A stretch of DNA of 64,000 nucleotides from Octopus bimaculoides (Eukaryota). The DNA is taken from NCBI RefSeq assembly GCF_001194135.2, contig NC_068981.1:88627140-88691139 (forward strand), given 5' to 3'. The notes under the pieces are model-generated. The model did no database searches. It was not told the DNA's origin and saw nothing but the letters and a program-made list of their open reading frames with translations. A program made the position numbers and the translations under genes. Positions within the stretch are counted from its first letter, which is position 1. Each line of letters starts with the position of its first letter. Of this stretch, positions 38,999 to 53,400 are shown in pieces.

Positions 38999-40072
38999 AT
39001 CTGATGATTACTATGAACGTATGAAAGCGTTAATTGAACTTTATGAAGATTACAAAATATTTTTTAATGTTTAACACACTTCAACATTGTAAAAAAGTTT
39101 CTATCATTTTTTAAATACCATTATAAAAAACGTGAAAACTAGACCATGTTTTTACTTTATTGACCTGATATATATATATATGTATGTATGTATACAGCTT
39201 GTAATTAAAGACACTTCATTTACTATACGTAAGCTAGAGGTGCAGTTATTTCAGCACCTCCGACAATATTGCTTCCTCTTCGGACGTAGAACACCGGTTT
39301 CCTTTTCTGGAAATGATCGGGTTATTTTGGCCAACAGTATAGCATGTTCATCCCTCCTCGTTATCCAGAGTATTACCAAACTATACCGCTCAGCAACTAT
39401 TTCGTTTTTCAATACGCTACAGTATTTTTGTTCATTGTTTTTATTTCTTTGATTTGTTTCTTTACAGAGTTTTGGTTCCTCTTTCACATCCCTGTGTCAT
39501 ACTCATGAGAAGATATACTCTCCTTCCTTCTCCAGTTGATAAATAACTGATGTGTTAGTCTTTCTAAATGTAATGTCAGCTGAACCCGCCAGGACTAGGC
39601 AACCGTATCTAGATTATTGAGCCAATGAGGGGGACTCTTACGATATCGTATGACATTGCTGGAAATTGGAGCCAAATTTCACTTAAACCAAAAACCTACT
39701 TTCTTTGCGAAAATATTTTCTCGTTCCTGCTCCAGTTGATAATTCTCTGCTCTGTTAGTCTTTCTAAGTTTAATGTCAGCTAGGCTGGCCAGGGATAAAT
39801 AACAACAACGCTTCGGTTATCGAGCCAACGAGAGACTCTTACGATATTTGTACATACACACACTTACACACTTACACACACACACACACACACGCGCGCG
39901 CGCACGCGCACGCACATATACATATAAATCCATATAAATATACGTGTATATATAAACATATATACAAGCATTCTCACACACATATATATTTACATATGCT
40001 TATAAATCTTTACATCTTTCTAGCGCTCAAGCTTTCTTTCTCTCTGTCTACCTCTTAATCTCACTCTCTCTT

Positions 40073-40143
<71 letters not shown>

Positions 40144-41893
40144 AATTCTAGCTGTATCATATAATACATATAAAAGCCCGGTATTATGACAAGATAGTCA
40201 CAATAATGCTATGTAAATATTTGTGCATTTCAGTACACTGGAGAATAGCAAAAGTAGATATTCATATCTGATTAAAATTGCCCTAGGCGTTAATTAATGT
40301 TGCGTACATCTAGTTCTTATCAGTGAAGATGAAAAGAAGAATAACTACACACGTCTAGTTTTGATTGCTAATTTCACCTGCTTTGGCACATTCATCTCAT
40401 CGAGCGAATAAGCGAGGAAGTGTCTACATAGTGGTGAGGTAAATATTCTCAAGTCACAAACTAAAATGAAAAGAGATAAAAAAAAATTTGGTTTGCTCGA
40501 TCATGGCTAATATTGGACTTAATGAGCACAACGTAAATTCTTTTCATCTATCTTTCTTCAATCGTTAGGGAAAATATCTCATTTAATTATCGAGTTCAAA
40601 ACAATTTTGATAAACTTTCTAAAAATAAACAATCACATCATCAAGATCTCTAAGCTATGAGATAGTACATGATCAGTTCAAGACAATGTGAATAAATAGG
40701 CATTGCATTTGATAGATTAATCTGAATGCTAAAAGGTTTTAAGAATATCTATTGCTCTTACACTAAAAATAATCAACTGCTGGAGCCGATTATGAACGGA
40801 TACTCCATGAATTACTTTGAATCTTTTTCATTTTCAGGACCCAGACCACAAAATCAGTAAAATTGTTAAGTTTATGATGATAATCGTCTATAAACATATT
40901 TAATTTATTTTTCATTTCTATGGAAAAAAAAAACTGACCCCAGCCAAAAATTTGAATTTCTGCCAGTTTGTAAACGCCGAATTTTTTCGAACCCCACTAT
41001 ACATTTCCATCGCAGCTTTTGTTTGACATGTCATTCCCCCGAAGTTTCTTTCGCTTAAGAAAAATGCATTTAAATTATGACAATCAACTATTTTCATTTG
41101 AAAATTTCATATTTCTCCATTTACTAGCGAGAAGCAATTGATTGTAACGGAAACAGTTTCCAACTAACCGATATTTCTTGAATCCACCTGAAACCAGTCT
41201 ACAATAAAGATTCCGTTCCATTTTTTAAATTTTTCATAAACTTTCCAGTATGAATGGGGGTTGTCTCTAAATTTGAAGTTCTAGGGATTCTGAAAAACTC
41301 ATTACAAGTCAATTTCCTATTTCTATGCACATTGAATTTAACTCCTATTCAGGTAGGATACTTCTCGTCCTACACACATGAAGCTATGGCTTGTGATATG
41401 AATTGATCACACAAGCCACTTAACAATCGAGAAACTATTTCTTAATTATATAGTAATTATGACCTAAAGTATAATAATAATTATTTTATATTAAATATAT
41501 TTGTTTTATTTTTACTACACGGGAGGACATTTTGTAGGAAAAGTTGTAGATTGTTGAATGTATGTGCCTAGATAACCGATACCTATTCTACTGGTTCTCC
41601 AGCAATGAAAGGCAAGATATATTCACTTGTGACTTGAATATATAACGTTTGGGAGATAACATTAAATACTGAATGATGTCTAAATATTTGTTGTTGTTGT
41701 TCTTTAGCCCCTCTCTATACCAGCTCTGATGAAGGAGACCAATGATCAAAAGCTTTTTCAGCAGTGACAGTTTCATAATTTTATTTATTCAGAACATTAT
41801 TCAATGCGTCATATTCATTTTCTTTCAAGACAGCAGGGAATGATTTAAGGGAGATTTGGCTGTTTATTCTGGCAGATCGACGACCTTTTAGAG

Positions 41894-42088
41894 CAATGGT
41901 TCTCAACCTTTTTAATATCCGGGCCAGATTGAAAATCTAGATTTCTTAGGAGGCCGCACCAAAAAAAAGGCTAAACACAAGTTGGTTAAAGAAAAGAATT
42001 ATATTTATTGAGTGAAGATCGTCGAGAGTCGCTGAAAGGATGCTTTGGGGCCGAACGCGGCCCTCAGAGCCGCGATTGAGAACCGGTG
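41894..42088. mobile_element. hAT (Charlie-like) MITE
   Basis: Ends CAATGGTTCTCAAC / ATTGAGAACCGGTG; 8-bp TSD TTTTAGAG (41886-41893) versus CTTTAGAG (42089-42096). Confidence 0.8.
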
Positions 42089-42761
42089 CTTTAGAGGCTT
42101 GCTTTATTCACTCTTACGGAGTTTACTCTAGTGTTGTACCATTTCAGCCAACATAGACTTCTTGTAAGCAGAAATGCATTGTTAACAAGAATGTTTATAA
42201 ACACAGAGTCAACATAAGACGGAATATTCACAATGCCTGTGGTAAAAAAATAAAAAAATAAAAGGTAGTCACCTCTTATGGTTAGTTACTTGAAAATAGC
42301 TGCTGTTTCATGTTTTTGAAAAGGTCAATAAAACTCTGCTAAACTCATTTCATGAATGTTCTACAGTTATTTCAGTGTAAATACCAGCATTTCATGACAA
42401 AAATTGATTTTTTGAACTTCATCAGCAAACATTTCAAAGAAAACTGTCTTTAAAGCAGTTAGAGAACTTACTAAAACATTGAATAGAAATATTTCTTGGC
42501 TTGTGGCACAATACGAAAATAGCAGAGTTTGACATAGGTGAGTATGGATAAACTTTAACTACAAAGGTCACATAGATTTTAACGTGGATATTCACTTGTC
42601 ACATACATTGATATTGACATTTGACATAAACAACTACAGATAAACTTCAACGTATATATAAACTCTATATTCATTGGTAGCTTACTTTTTAGAATGGGTA
42701 GGCGATCATTTGCAGTATTCATGTTTCATAATCATGTTATGTATCAATACCTAAATCTCCC

Positions 42762-42804
<43 letters not shown>

Positions 42805-44827
42805 ATGCATGTATACATATCTATCTATCTATACACACATATATATATATATGTATGTCTGTGTGTTTGTGTGTGTATGTGTGTGTGTGTGTACGTGTGT
42901 ATATGTCTGTGTTTGCGGATCTGAATATATGTATATTTGTATGTATAGTGTGAGACATGAAAAGACAGAAAATCGCTAAACAAATAGCTTTGTTTCAAGT
43001 ATGTCATTTCTTTCTTTCTCCCTCTCCCTCCGTTCTTTTTCTCTTTCCTGAGAGTCTTACGCATGAAAATTCCTACACACAGCCAATTTTATACTCATAA
43101 ATATTGATGGCATTTGATGGGAAAACTGGATTTTTTATTTTACTTAGTTTTCCAGGCATGTGTTCTCTGTGGTTAAGAAGTTTGTGTCCCAACCACTTGG
43201 TTCAAGGTTCGATGCCACTGCGCGCCAAATTACAGTATTTTCTTTTGTGTATAATTCGAATTTCATATCTTGCATAAAAATATTGGTACAAAACTCTTAT
43301 AACAAAAATCATCTTGGAAGATGAGACTACGATGCCCACAGAGCTTTTCAAATTATATTACACACCTTCTGTTATTAGTAAAGTTTAACCATAAACCGAG
43401 TCTCTTTTTTGGGGCACATCTGTTAACGAAATAAATTATAGTTATACATATGGGACCCTCTCAAGTCTTCGGAAGACCACTCTGCAATTTCTTGCTGAAT
43501 AACCTGTACGTATGATATATTTATAGTAATCAAATGTTTGTGCTGTATATTAGCGCACGCCCTCCATGAAATCGATATTCGTTATAGGTTCACGGTATTT
43601 GTGTGAATGGCACAAATACCACGGGAAAATATACGTTTTCAATTTCTGTGTCTTCGCATAAACAGTCGTCTTTTGTTTAACGGTAAGTGTATGATTTCCA
43701 GGATGATAACAAATAGTAGTTTCTTTCATATTATCAACCAATCTAAGCTGGAAATCAAGCTACATTCTATATTTCAAAATAGAAGTATGAAGCGAAATTA
43801 TCTTCGCTTTCACGTGGTAGCTTCCTGTACATTTTGGCTTTCAGTTGTAACCTAAGCCCATTTCTCAATATCAAGCGATCCAATGGAAGTTTAAATGAGA
43901 GATTAGGTGATATACTGGTAGCCTTCGATCTTATCTGTAGCAGAGTTACAATGTAAACACTACTGTTCTGATCTAACATTTCTTTCCTCATCTCTGGGTA
44001 TATAGAGACTGTTTTTCTGTACGTATCTTTTTTGTCTTTCGCACAAACAATAAAAATTCTTTTTGCATTTTTCAGTCTCTTACAGCTTTCTCTGATACAG
44101 AAAACCCCCTCGTAAAATTCCACGGCATTAAGTTTGGAAGTAGTAATATCTGATGAATGCTTAACCTTTACATCAGCAAAAACCATTGCGATAATATTCG
44201 ATAGGGTGCAGAATTTTAACATTTTTATACTTATTCCATTAATAAGATGATAGCCTGACAAACAAGTCCTAACAAAACATTTTTCGTTTCTTTCTTGACC
44301 TTCACTTCCTCCGTGTTTTCTTGATTCTCTACATCTGTTTGCTTCAAACTTTGCTGTAAAACTCTCTCACCACCATTTATTACAAACAATTGTTCAAATC
44401 ATCACCATCTAATCTCCACCCATCATTGTATTATTCTAATCTTTGACCTGTCTTGTGTGTTTAAAGAGCAGACATTCTTTTTAAATTCCCGTCACTTACT
44501 ACAGTTTCTATCAATTTTCTTTGCTTAAGTTATCAATTACACTTCATTGAATCAATTTGGCCTCTGAACTCTTCTCTGAAATGATTACAGTTCACAATCT
44601 CAAAATACTAGACATAGAATAATTTATAAATTTAACAAAAAGAAGTACAACAATTTATTCAAAATGGCTGAGTACATACGAACTATTATGCATTAACAAT
44701 AGCGATTGATAGAGATAACGATGAAATTTCATGCACAAAATTTCTTAACCGCGTATATAAGTCATACCCTTTTATTGTGTCGTTGAAGTTGAAGAAATGC
44801 GACTTGAACGCGTATAAATACAGATTA

Positions 44828-45720
44828 CGAGGTGCATTCCAGAAGTTTTGAAACTTTGTTTTAGGAGAGGTAGTTATAACTCCTGGATTATTGCAATTTT
44901 AGTATACCATTACTATACACCTAACACCGGACCTGCCGACTTTTCTTCCAACATGAAGGGGACGGCTTTAACAGGACTTCGAACACACCCTGTTAAACTC
45001 TGCATGTCACGGCCGATTAGTTTGCGGAATGCGGTCGGACCGTGAAGACAATTTGGAAGCTTGTTATGCAATAAAATTTTGTGTTAAACTGGGCAAAAAT
45101 GCTACAGAAACTTGTAAAATGCTCCAGACTGCTTATGAATTAACTTTGTTGTTGGCTGAAGAGGTTCAAGGACGGTAAAGAGGAGGTGAGAGACGATGAG
45201 AGGTGTGGAGGGGAGAGGGACATCAGAACATCAGAGCTTGTATTGTAGAGAAAATTCGCAATCTTCTGGATGAAGACCGTCGTGTGTCTATAAATTGCAA
45301 AGTTTGTTCTTAGAGTGCTCAGTGACGAACAGATGGAAAGATGAGATGGCGACCGCAGGGATATGGTTTAGATCATTATCTCCTCCAGTCCAAGTATACT
45401 TGTGTCTCTGGTGACCTGTGACAAAAACTGGATCTACTATTATGATCCAGAGACTAAGTGACAGAGTGCCCAATAAAAGCAGCCTGGCACTTCCAGACCC
45501 AATAAGGTCAAGCACCGGGCAGCTTATGATGATCCCATTTACCGACAACAAGGGCATCATCTACAGCCACTGGGCTTATTCTGGCCAGATAGTCAACGAT
45601 GAGTACTTTGTGGAGGTTTTGAGGGCGTTCAAGAAGAGATTTTATCGCATAAGCTAGAGTTCTTCCACTCGGGTCGGTAGTACCTGCATCGACAATGTCC
45701 CTGTCCACAATTCCTGTTTG
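44828..45720 (+). mobile_element. 3'-truncated mariner transposon
   Basis: Starts TA|CGAGGTGCATTCCAGAAG; fragments YAIKFCVKLGKNATETCKMLQTAY, LVTCDKNWIYYYDPETK and GIIYSHWAYSGQIVNDEYFVEVLR. No right TIR seen. Confidence 0.85.
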
Positions 45721-46078
45721 GTAAGTTTGAAAGCAGTAATATCGGATTCAAATATGTTTATTACACTAGCGCTACTTCTGTCTCATATTTGATACAGAAT
45801 TACCCGGACATGCACACACATTGTTTACACGCTCTATGCATATAAGTCGTGGACTGGCAAAATGATTCGTCTCCGATCCTGTTCGGGTACGAGGTGGCGA
45901 AACATAGATGCAAGTAATGGCGAAACATCGGTGTCCATTACTCCTAGATGCAATAAGAGGTGAGTTACCTCGCTTGTCTGTGACTTTCAGGTGTTTTAAC
46001 ATCCGGCGCTTTGAGATAGTATTCTCCACGACGCCATTTCGCAGCTTACCGACAGATACACATTGCTTATGTTTCTCC

Positions 46079-46079
<1 letters not shown>

Positions 46080-46142
<63 letters not shown>

Positions 46143-46428
46143 TTATCTATCCATCTATCTATCTATCCCCATCTCTGTCTTTCTGTCTGCCCGCCCGCCT
46201 GCCTGTCTGTCTGTGTGCCTGTCTGTCTGTGTGCCTGTCTGTCTGTGTGCCTGTCTGTCTGTGTGCCTGTCTGTCTGTATGCCGGTCTGTCTGTGTGCCG
46301 GTCTGTCTGTGTGCCGGTCTGTCTGTGTGCCGGTCTGTCTGTGCCCGTTTGTCTGTGTGCCCGTCTGTCTGTGTGACCGTCTGTCTGTGTGCCTGTCTGT
46401 CTGTGTGCCTGTCTGTCTGTGTGCCTGT
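46080..46428. repeat. (ATCT)n followed by 16-bp minisatellite GCCTGTCTGTCTGTGT
   Basis: Direct reading; about 14 units with a GCCGGT variant block, running into a gap. Confidence 0.95.
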
Positions 46429-47189
46429 NNNNNNNNNNNNNNNNNNNNNNNNNNNNNNNNNNNNNNNNNNNNNNNNNNNNNNNNNNNNNNNNNNNNNNNN
46501 NNNNNNNNNNNNNNNNNNNNNNNNNNNNGTATTTTGTCCCCTCTATGTTGAGCCCTGTGTGGCTAATAAAGAAACCTACCTATCTCTCTATCTATACTGG
46601 CAACTTCCACTGGCATAAACGTAAACATCGAGAAAAAAGACAAAAACCAGTATAATACTTTCGATTAGACCTAACCTGTATGGCATTTCTTTCGCCCGAG
46701 TTACAGAAGCGCTTCTGTGTCACTTTCATATCCAAAAAATGCAGTGAACCAGTGATTGGATATTTGGAAACCTGCAACCAATGACGCAATTGATCACCAA
46801 ACACAATATAATATAAACTAAATAAGTAAATAAAAGGAATAGCCAACAACGAAGCGGCATTTCTAAATTTTATTATAACGGATGAATCACATAACCTATT
46901 ATGAATTTCATAACCTATTGAGTTCTTGGGATTCAATTTAATACTTCACCTTCATGTAGCGTGTGTAGGAAGGCAAGTCAGCTATATGTACAGAAGTTAA
47001 CATTCAGCTTTGCAAATCAATTTTATAATAATGCAGTTGCTATTGTTGTTGTTTACGTCCTAGCTCAGCCATGATCAAGTACACTTCCTGTCGTGAGCAT
47101 TACACATATAGACCACACTAATAGCAATGATATCCCTGCATAGACAATTTGTAGAGTATATGACATCAGTGGTCACTATAACAGTCAAA

Positions 47190-50005
47190 TCGTCTATGAC
47201 ACTGCTTCTCTCCGGTAGTGTATCTCTGTATTATCGTACGGGCAGCCTTCTCCTGAGTCGTTTTCGGTGACTGGATTGGAACAGGAAACACTGGCCAAAA
47301 ATAATATTGTGTTGTTTAGACTGCCCAACAGTACTGGAACAACAACAACGACAACAACAATAACAACAACAACAACATCATCAACAACAACAAGAACAAG
47401 AAAAGACCAACAGCAAACATGCACTGTCACCCACACCACCACCATCAGCACAACTACAGCAGCAACATCAGATGAAACAACTCCAACCAACCAGCAACTT
47501 AACTAGCCCAACCAATCAACATCACTATCAGCGGATCCTACATCACCAACAGCAGAAGCAACACCATCACAACCACCACCACCACCAACAACAGCTACAG
47601 AAGTACCAAAACCAGAAAAGAAAAAAAGACCACCCCCTCATCCTCAAAAGCCCATACATCACATCTCAACAGCTACCGACCAACTCTAGCAACAGCAACA
47701 ACATCATCATCAACACACTCTCAAATCTACCCCAATACCATTCCCTTCCTATTTTCTGATTCCTCTGACATATCGTCTGATGAAAGCGATATGGAAGAAT
47801 GGCAAATAGTCACAGGTGGGGTGGGGAGAGAAAGGGGTAAAAAAGAACAACCATACAATCAAACAAGGCAGGGAGATACACAACTGCCGACAACAAAATT
47901 CTCACACGTAACAACAACACCAGCACCAACACTACAAACACACAAACACCAACAATGCTAATCGCCATCAACACAAACAATTTGGACCTGATGCAACAAG
48001 AGTATCTCTTAAATGACATCAAATAACAAAATGTAGATAGCATAGCCATCAGCGTGACCAGAATCAACGGGCCCTCAGCCCCAAGTTTGGCGGACAATAT
48101 GACAGTAATTTTTCTCCGTGTCTGCCGAGAATGGGCGGTGGTGGTACCGCGGTGCTTTTTCGAGAGAGTCTGGATCTCAAAGTAAGGGCAATTTACCTAG
48201 ACCCGGAGTATAGGCTGGTCGTCTTGGATGTCGATAGCAGTAATGGGTGTGCTTTTCGACTGGTGGCAGAGTACGAACCGTCCTTATCAGGTCGGTCGGA
48301 TTTCTTTCGACGTCTAGAGATTTTCCTGGGTACGTCTCGATTTTTATATTTAGTGGGGGACTGGATCGCTATATTGGACACGGGTCTAGACTATGTGGGT
48401 ATAGATAAGAAGAGAAAGGGATGCAAATGCCTTAGAGGCCACAGACGTTTGCAGCTGTCTGACAGGTACCGACTGGACTACCCGAATGTGCCAATGTGGA
48501 CATGGACCAACTGCATCGGATCGTTCAGATCGTATTTAGATAGAGTGTTATGTAGGACAGTGGATAGCGATAGTGTAAGTGGTCCACAATTTCACACAGC
48601 TACACAGATCACAAATTCGTGACATGTACGCTCGAATTTGATAAGAACTATAGGCAGGGCCCCGGATACTGGAAACAGAACGCATCGCTCCTGGCGCGAC
48701 AGGCTTATAGAGACCGGATTAGCATGTTAATTAGGTGGGCGTTGACGGAAGCCATCGTCAACAACCACTGGTAGTTTGCCCTAAAGAAGGCAATTAGAGC
48801 AGAGTCGATTAGGTATAGCAAAACTTTAGCGATAGATCGAAATAGAGTAGAGGGAGACCTAGTTAAGAAATTAGAAGAGGCACTTAGAAGTGGCAGCACG
48901 ACCAACGTGCTGGTAGCGAGGTTGGTTCTTGACCAACACTTCAACGCCAAACGCGAAGGTTGCATTGTCAGAGCTAGGATGCGTGCCCTAAGAAGCGAGG
49001 GAATTGAAGCCGCACGAGAGGCCCGAGTGGCAGAGGCGCATCATGGCAACAAATTCACCATTCGGTCTCTGATAGATCAACAGGGGTACGATTTATTCGA
49101 GATTGAGGCCTTTCAGCAGCACTTTGCCCGACTGTTTGGGATAAGTGATGGGTCGGAACGCAGGATATACTTTAGTACCTACCTGCACGGCCTACCAGGA
49201 CTCTCGGTAAGAGATGCAGAGTGGTGTGAAGGTCCCATCACAGCCGCTGATGTACGGAATGCGATGGCAGGCTGCGCGAGAGACACGTCGCCAGGCTTGG
49301 AGGTCTGCCCTACGAGCTTTATTGTAATATGCCAGACTTGTTTGGGGATCTCTTGGCAACAGTCTACTGCAACTGGCAGCTAAATGGGAGCATCCCCATT
49401 TTGTGAGCCGAGGAGTGGTGACACTGCTAAAGAAAAACCCAAACAAGGAGAACATTATAGATAATTTCCGGCCCATCACTCTGCTCAATGCAGATTTGAA
49501 AATTTTGGCCAAAGTGCTAGCCGAGAAGTTGGTGCTTGTCATCGAGAAACTGGTCGATATGGTGTAAACATGCGACGTGCCGGGCAGAACTGTCCATGAC
49601 ATCCCTCACCCCATGCGCTAAAAAATGGACAGGGTAGTTAAGGAACTTGGCATGGGTGGAGCGCTGATCAATTTGAATCAATTAAAAGCCTTTGATAGGA
49701 TCAACCATCGATACTTGGCGGCTGTCCTCAAGACAGTTGGCTTTGGTCCTGTCTTCCGCGGTTAGATCGCTGCTTTATACGTCGGCATCTACTCGGTAGT
49801 TCGAGTGAATGGTCATCTGTCAAAACCCTTCGACACCACGCGGTCGGTCCGTCAGGGATGTTCCCTCTCGTCACTTCTGCATGTATTGACACTTGAGCCA
49901 CTACTGCGGAAGCTGGCGACGCTGAGGGGCATCCCGCGAGAACTGGGATGTGGAATGAGCATGTCTGCATACACGGACGATGTTACCGTCACAGTGTTAA
50001 GCCTC
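47190..50005 (+). mobile_element. Tx1/L1-clade LINE: ORF1 tail, APE endonuclease and RT, decayed and 3'-truncated
   Basis: APE: EYLLNDIK, GGGGTAVLFR, LVGDWIAILD, WTWTN..SYLDRVL. RT: GVVTLLKKNP..NFRPITLLNADLKILAKVLA, KAFDRINH, VRQGCSLSSLLHVLTLEPLL, SAYTDDVT. Homology stops just after the YxDD motif. Confidence 0.92.
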
Positions 50006-50707
50006 AAGCAGACACTAAGTTCCCTAACAATTTAAGTGTATCCACCACTGCCAGTGTTATAAATATCAAATTCCAAATATGGACAAATAAATTTTGGAAA
50101 AACATCTATTCTTTATTGATTTTGAACCAGAGATTTGCTATAATGACTTTCAGCTTTCTAAATTTATAGGTTACAATGATGATAGATGTAGTTGTATTGA
50201 ATAAAAGCGTGGAGTATTTCCTGAGGAAATAGAATTATGAATGATTTAAGGAATAAATAAATGAACGTATGAATGAATGAATATTTGAGTCTTAGTTCAA
50301 TGAAGACCACGAAGCCTGTCATGTCTCAAAGTAAATAAAGCCATGGCAATATATTATACACAATGGATTTATTCGCAGAGACCCCGTGTGGTAGACAAAT
50401 CTACACAGAATTCCACTACATTATACTTTATCACATTCCACCTCGTCTCCAAAGAACGTGTGTACGATCGGGTGATCTGCTAAAGAACAGCAGCTAAATT
50501 TCACTAAAATCCTGCTCTTCCACGTCAAACAAGGAAATAAGACATTAGGCAACGTAACTAGAGATGATTATAAAAAGACTGTGGCTACAGTTGTAACCTT
50601 TTGACCACAGATCTACTCGTTGCTGTTGACCTGAGCGTAAATACCATCAGCATCATCAGTATCATCAGAAACGACAACAGCAACAACAACAGCAGCAGCG
50701 ACATATG

Positions 50708-51069
50708 GTTGGCACTCCGTCGGTTACGACGTCGAGGATTCCAGTTGATCCGATCAACGGAACAGCCTGCTCGTGAAANNNNNNNNNNCCAGTTGATCCG
50801 ATCAACGGAACAGCCTGCTCGTGAAATTAACGTGCAAGTGGTTGAGCACTCCACAGACACGTGTGCCCTTAACGTAGTTCTCGGGGGAGATTCAGCACGA
50901 CACAGAGTGTGACAAGGCTGGCCATTTGAAATACAGGTACAACAGAAACAGGAAGATAGAGTGAAAGAGTACAGCAGGGTTCGCCACCATCCCCTGCCGG
51001 AGCCTCGTGGAACTTTAGGTGTTTTCGCTCAATAAACACTCACAACGCCCGGTTTGGGAATCGAAACCA
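50708..51069 (-). mobile_element. SINE family B, 5'-truncated
   Basis: Matches family B; contains a 10-N gap with duplicated flanks. Confidence 0.9.
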
Positions 51070-51868
51070 CTGCAGTGATATAGTCATATTACTTCTTGAA
51101 ACTAGTAATATTCTTACTCACGTAGTGGTCGGATAAAGGATACAAATTGAAATGTATATGAAAGTAGTACAATATTTCAGATAGATTGCGGCTCTGAAAT
51201 ATAGATTAATGTCCAGGTAAAGCGCAAACATGTTGGAATCACTCCAAGCACTTACCACAGTGTCTCAGCTTTACACTAAAATACACTACTTTTACAACAT
51301 TAACATGTAGTGTATCACACAACATCAAATTACACTAAAGGAGCAACGTTATTACATCTCAAGGCTACTACAACCAATCAGTCTAGATATTCCATAATAT
51401 TGTTTACAATAATGATAATAATAATGATAATAAACCAAATGGAAAAGAAAGTAACAGCCGCGATAACAATAACAACAACAAAAACACATGGCTGCAATAA
51501 CATCAACACCAACATCGTTTCGACGAGAAGAGCGGTAACAACGAGAAAGCAATAAATAGCGTGAAAAAACTATGTAGAGCATTCAGTGAATATTTTTACA
51601 ATTTAGTATCTTGCCGTTTAATTTTGGCTGGCATAGGTAAACAGTTTTCATATAGCGTACGGAATAAATCGAGATAAATGGGGAATATGTTTTTTCCCCA
51701 CCACTCAAATACTGTAAATATTGACATATGTTTCACTATTTATAATCTGTGTTTTGATATTGGAAATGTATGTATTAATAAAGTCACGAGTGTGCAAATC
51801 TCTTCCTTCAAATTTGTATGAGACACATGTTATTACATACACACACACACAAACACAGACACACAGAC

Positions 51869-51914
<46 letters not shown>

Positions 51915-52600
51915 GGCTTCGTATGTGTAGATATAGATAATTAATGCATAAGTATATAAATATACACGCGAGTATTTTACTGGAGAATATTGCTGCTGCT
52001 GCTGCTTATAGTTGCTACAAATATATTTATTACGATTTTAAAAAAAAAAAAGACACACTATTAATAAATTGAATTTTTGAAGATTGAATCAAGAAACCCA
52101 GAATGCGTTCCGCAGAGTTTCAGGAAAATAATATATTGACAATATTACAAATATTTAAATAATGAGCAACACTGAGAAATTGCTATCTCGTGAGCGTTTA
52201 GGTGGCAGGACTTAAAGCAGTTTGGACAATTTCTCTACGAATCTGCAACGTCCAGTTAAATATACTAATACCTATAAATCTACTGTAATCTATAATTAAT
52301 TATCCAAGATCGCCAGTCGAAGAGGATTTCCATAAACCTTTCTGAATTATGTGATTTTCTTGGTCCATTACGCAGCTAATAATAAATATTGATTTATAGC
52401 TTTGCTTCAAATGCTGGAGATAGGGTGTAGCCAATAGATTTCAACTGGTATATTATTTATTAACCTTAGAGTGATGAAGCAAACTCGATCTTTGCAGGAT
52501 TTGAAATTAGAAAGTAAAGAGAGGTTCCTTAACAACATAAACCATTATTATCTGAATGTGCTACTCGATGCCTTTTATTTAGCTAATATTGTTATATTGT

Positions 52601-52965
52601 GTGGAGGGGCAATGGCCCAGTGATTAGGGCAGCGGACTCGCGGTCATAGGATCGCGGTTTCGATTCCCAGAGCGGGCGTTGTGAGTATTTATTGAGCAAA
52701 AACACCCAAAGCTCCACGAGGCTCCGGCAGAGGATGGTGGCGGACCCTGCTGTACTCTTTCACCACAACTTTCTTTTACTTCCTGTTTCTGTTGTGCCTG
52801 TAATTCAAAGGGCCAGCCTTGTCACGCTGAATATCCCCGTGAACTACGTTAAAGGTTCACGTGTTTGTGGAGTGCTTAGCCACTTGCACGTTAATTTCAC
52901 GAGCAGGCTGTTCCGTTGATCGGATCAACTGGAGCCCTTGGCGTAAGCGACGGAGTGCCAACACA
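52601..52965 (+). mobile_element. Full-length SINE family B
   Basis: Family B head and tail; probable TSD TTATATTGT at 52592-52600 and 52969-52977. Confidence 0.92.
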
Positions 52966-53000
52966 TTATTATATTGTAATATATCACTTTATGATGTAAG

Positions 53001-53035
<35 letters not shown>

Positions 53036-53038
<3 letters not shown>

Positions 53039-53400
53039 CTTTTACTTGTTTCAGTCATTAGACCCCAGTACTAATTTTTAAAATGATAGATTGGTACTTA
53101 TTCTATCGGTCTCTTATACTGAACCGCTACGTTACGAGGACGTAAACAACAACACCGGCTGTCAAGCAGTGGTGAGGACATCCTTAGACAGACAGACAGA
53201 CAGACAGACAGACACACGCACATACAAAGCATATACGACGAACTTCTTTCAGTTTTCGACTACCAAATCCACTCACAAGGCTTTGGTCGGCCCGAGGCTG
53301 TAGTTGAAGACACTTGCCCATGGTATCACACAGTGGGACTGAACCTTGAACCATGTTGTTGCGATGTAAGCTTCTTACTATACAGCTAAACCTGCGTCTA
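53036..53400 (-). mobile_element. Near full-length SINE family C with internal (GACA)n
   Basis: Tail TACTTGTTTCAGTCATT, core TACCAAATCCACTCACAAGGCTTTGG, head AAGCTTCTTAC..CAGC..CCTG. Confidence 0.85.

Noticed and set aside
41723-41762. CTGATGAAGG..AAAAGCTTTTTC hammerhead-like motif
   Set aside because: Lacks G12 and a paired stem II; resembles an interspersed repeat (TTGTTTAGC..TGATCAA..) also seen near 47050 and 57690.
43594-43620. 10-bp perfect hairpin GGTATTTGTG/CACAAATACC
   Set aside because: Isolated, does not extend to pre-miRNA length; plausible by chance in 64 kb.
50749-50827. 39-bp direct duplication inside a SINE
   Set aside because: Identical copies flank a 10-N gap: overlapping contig ends, an assembly artefact.
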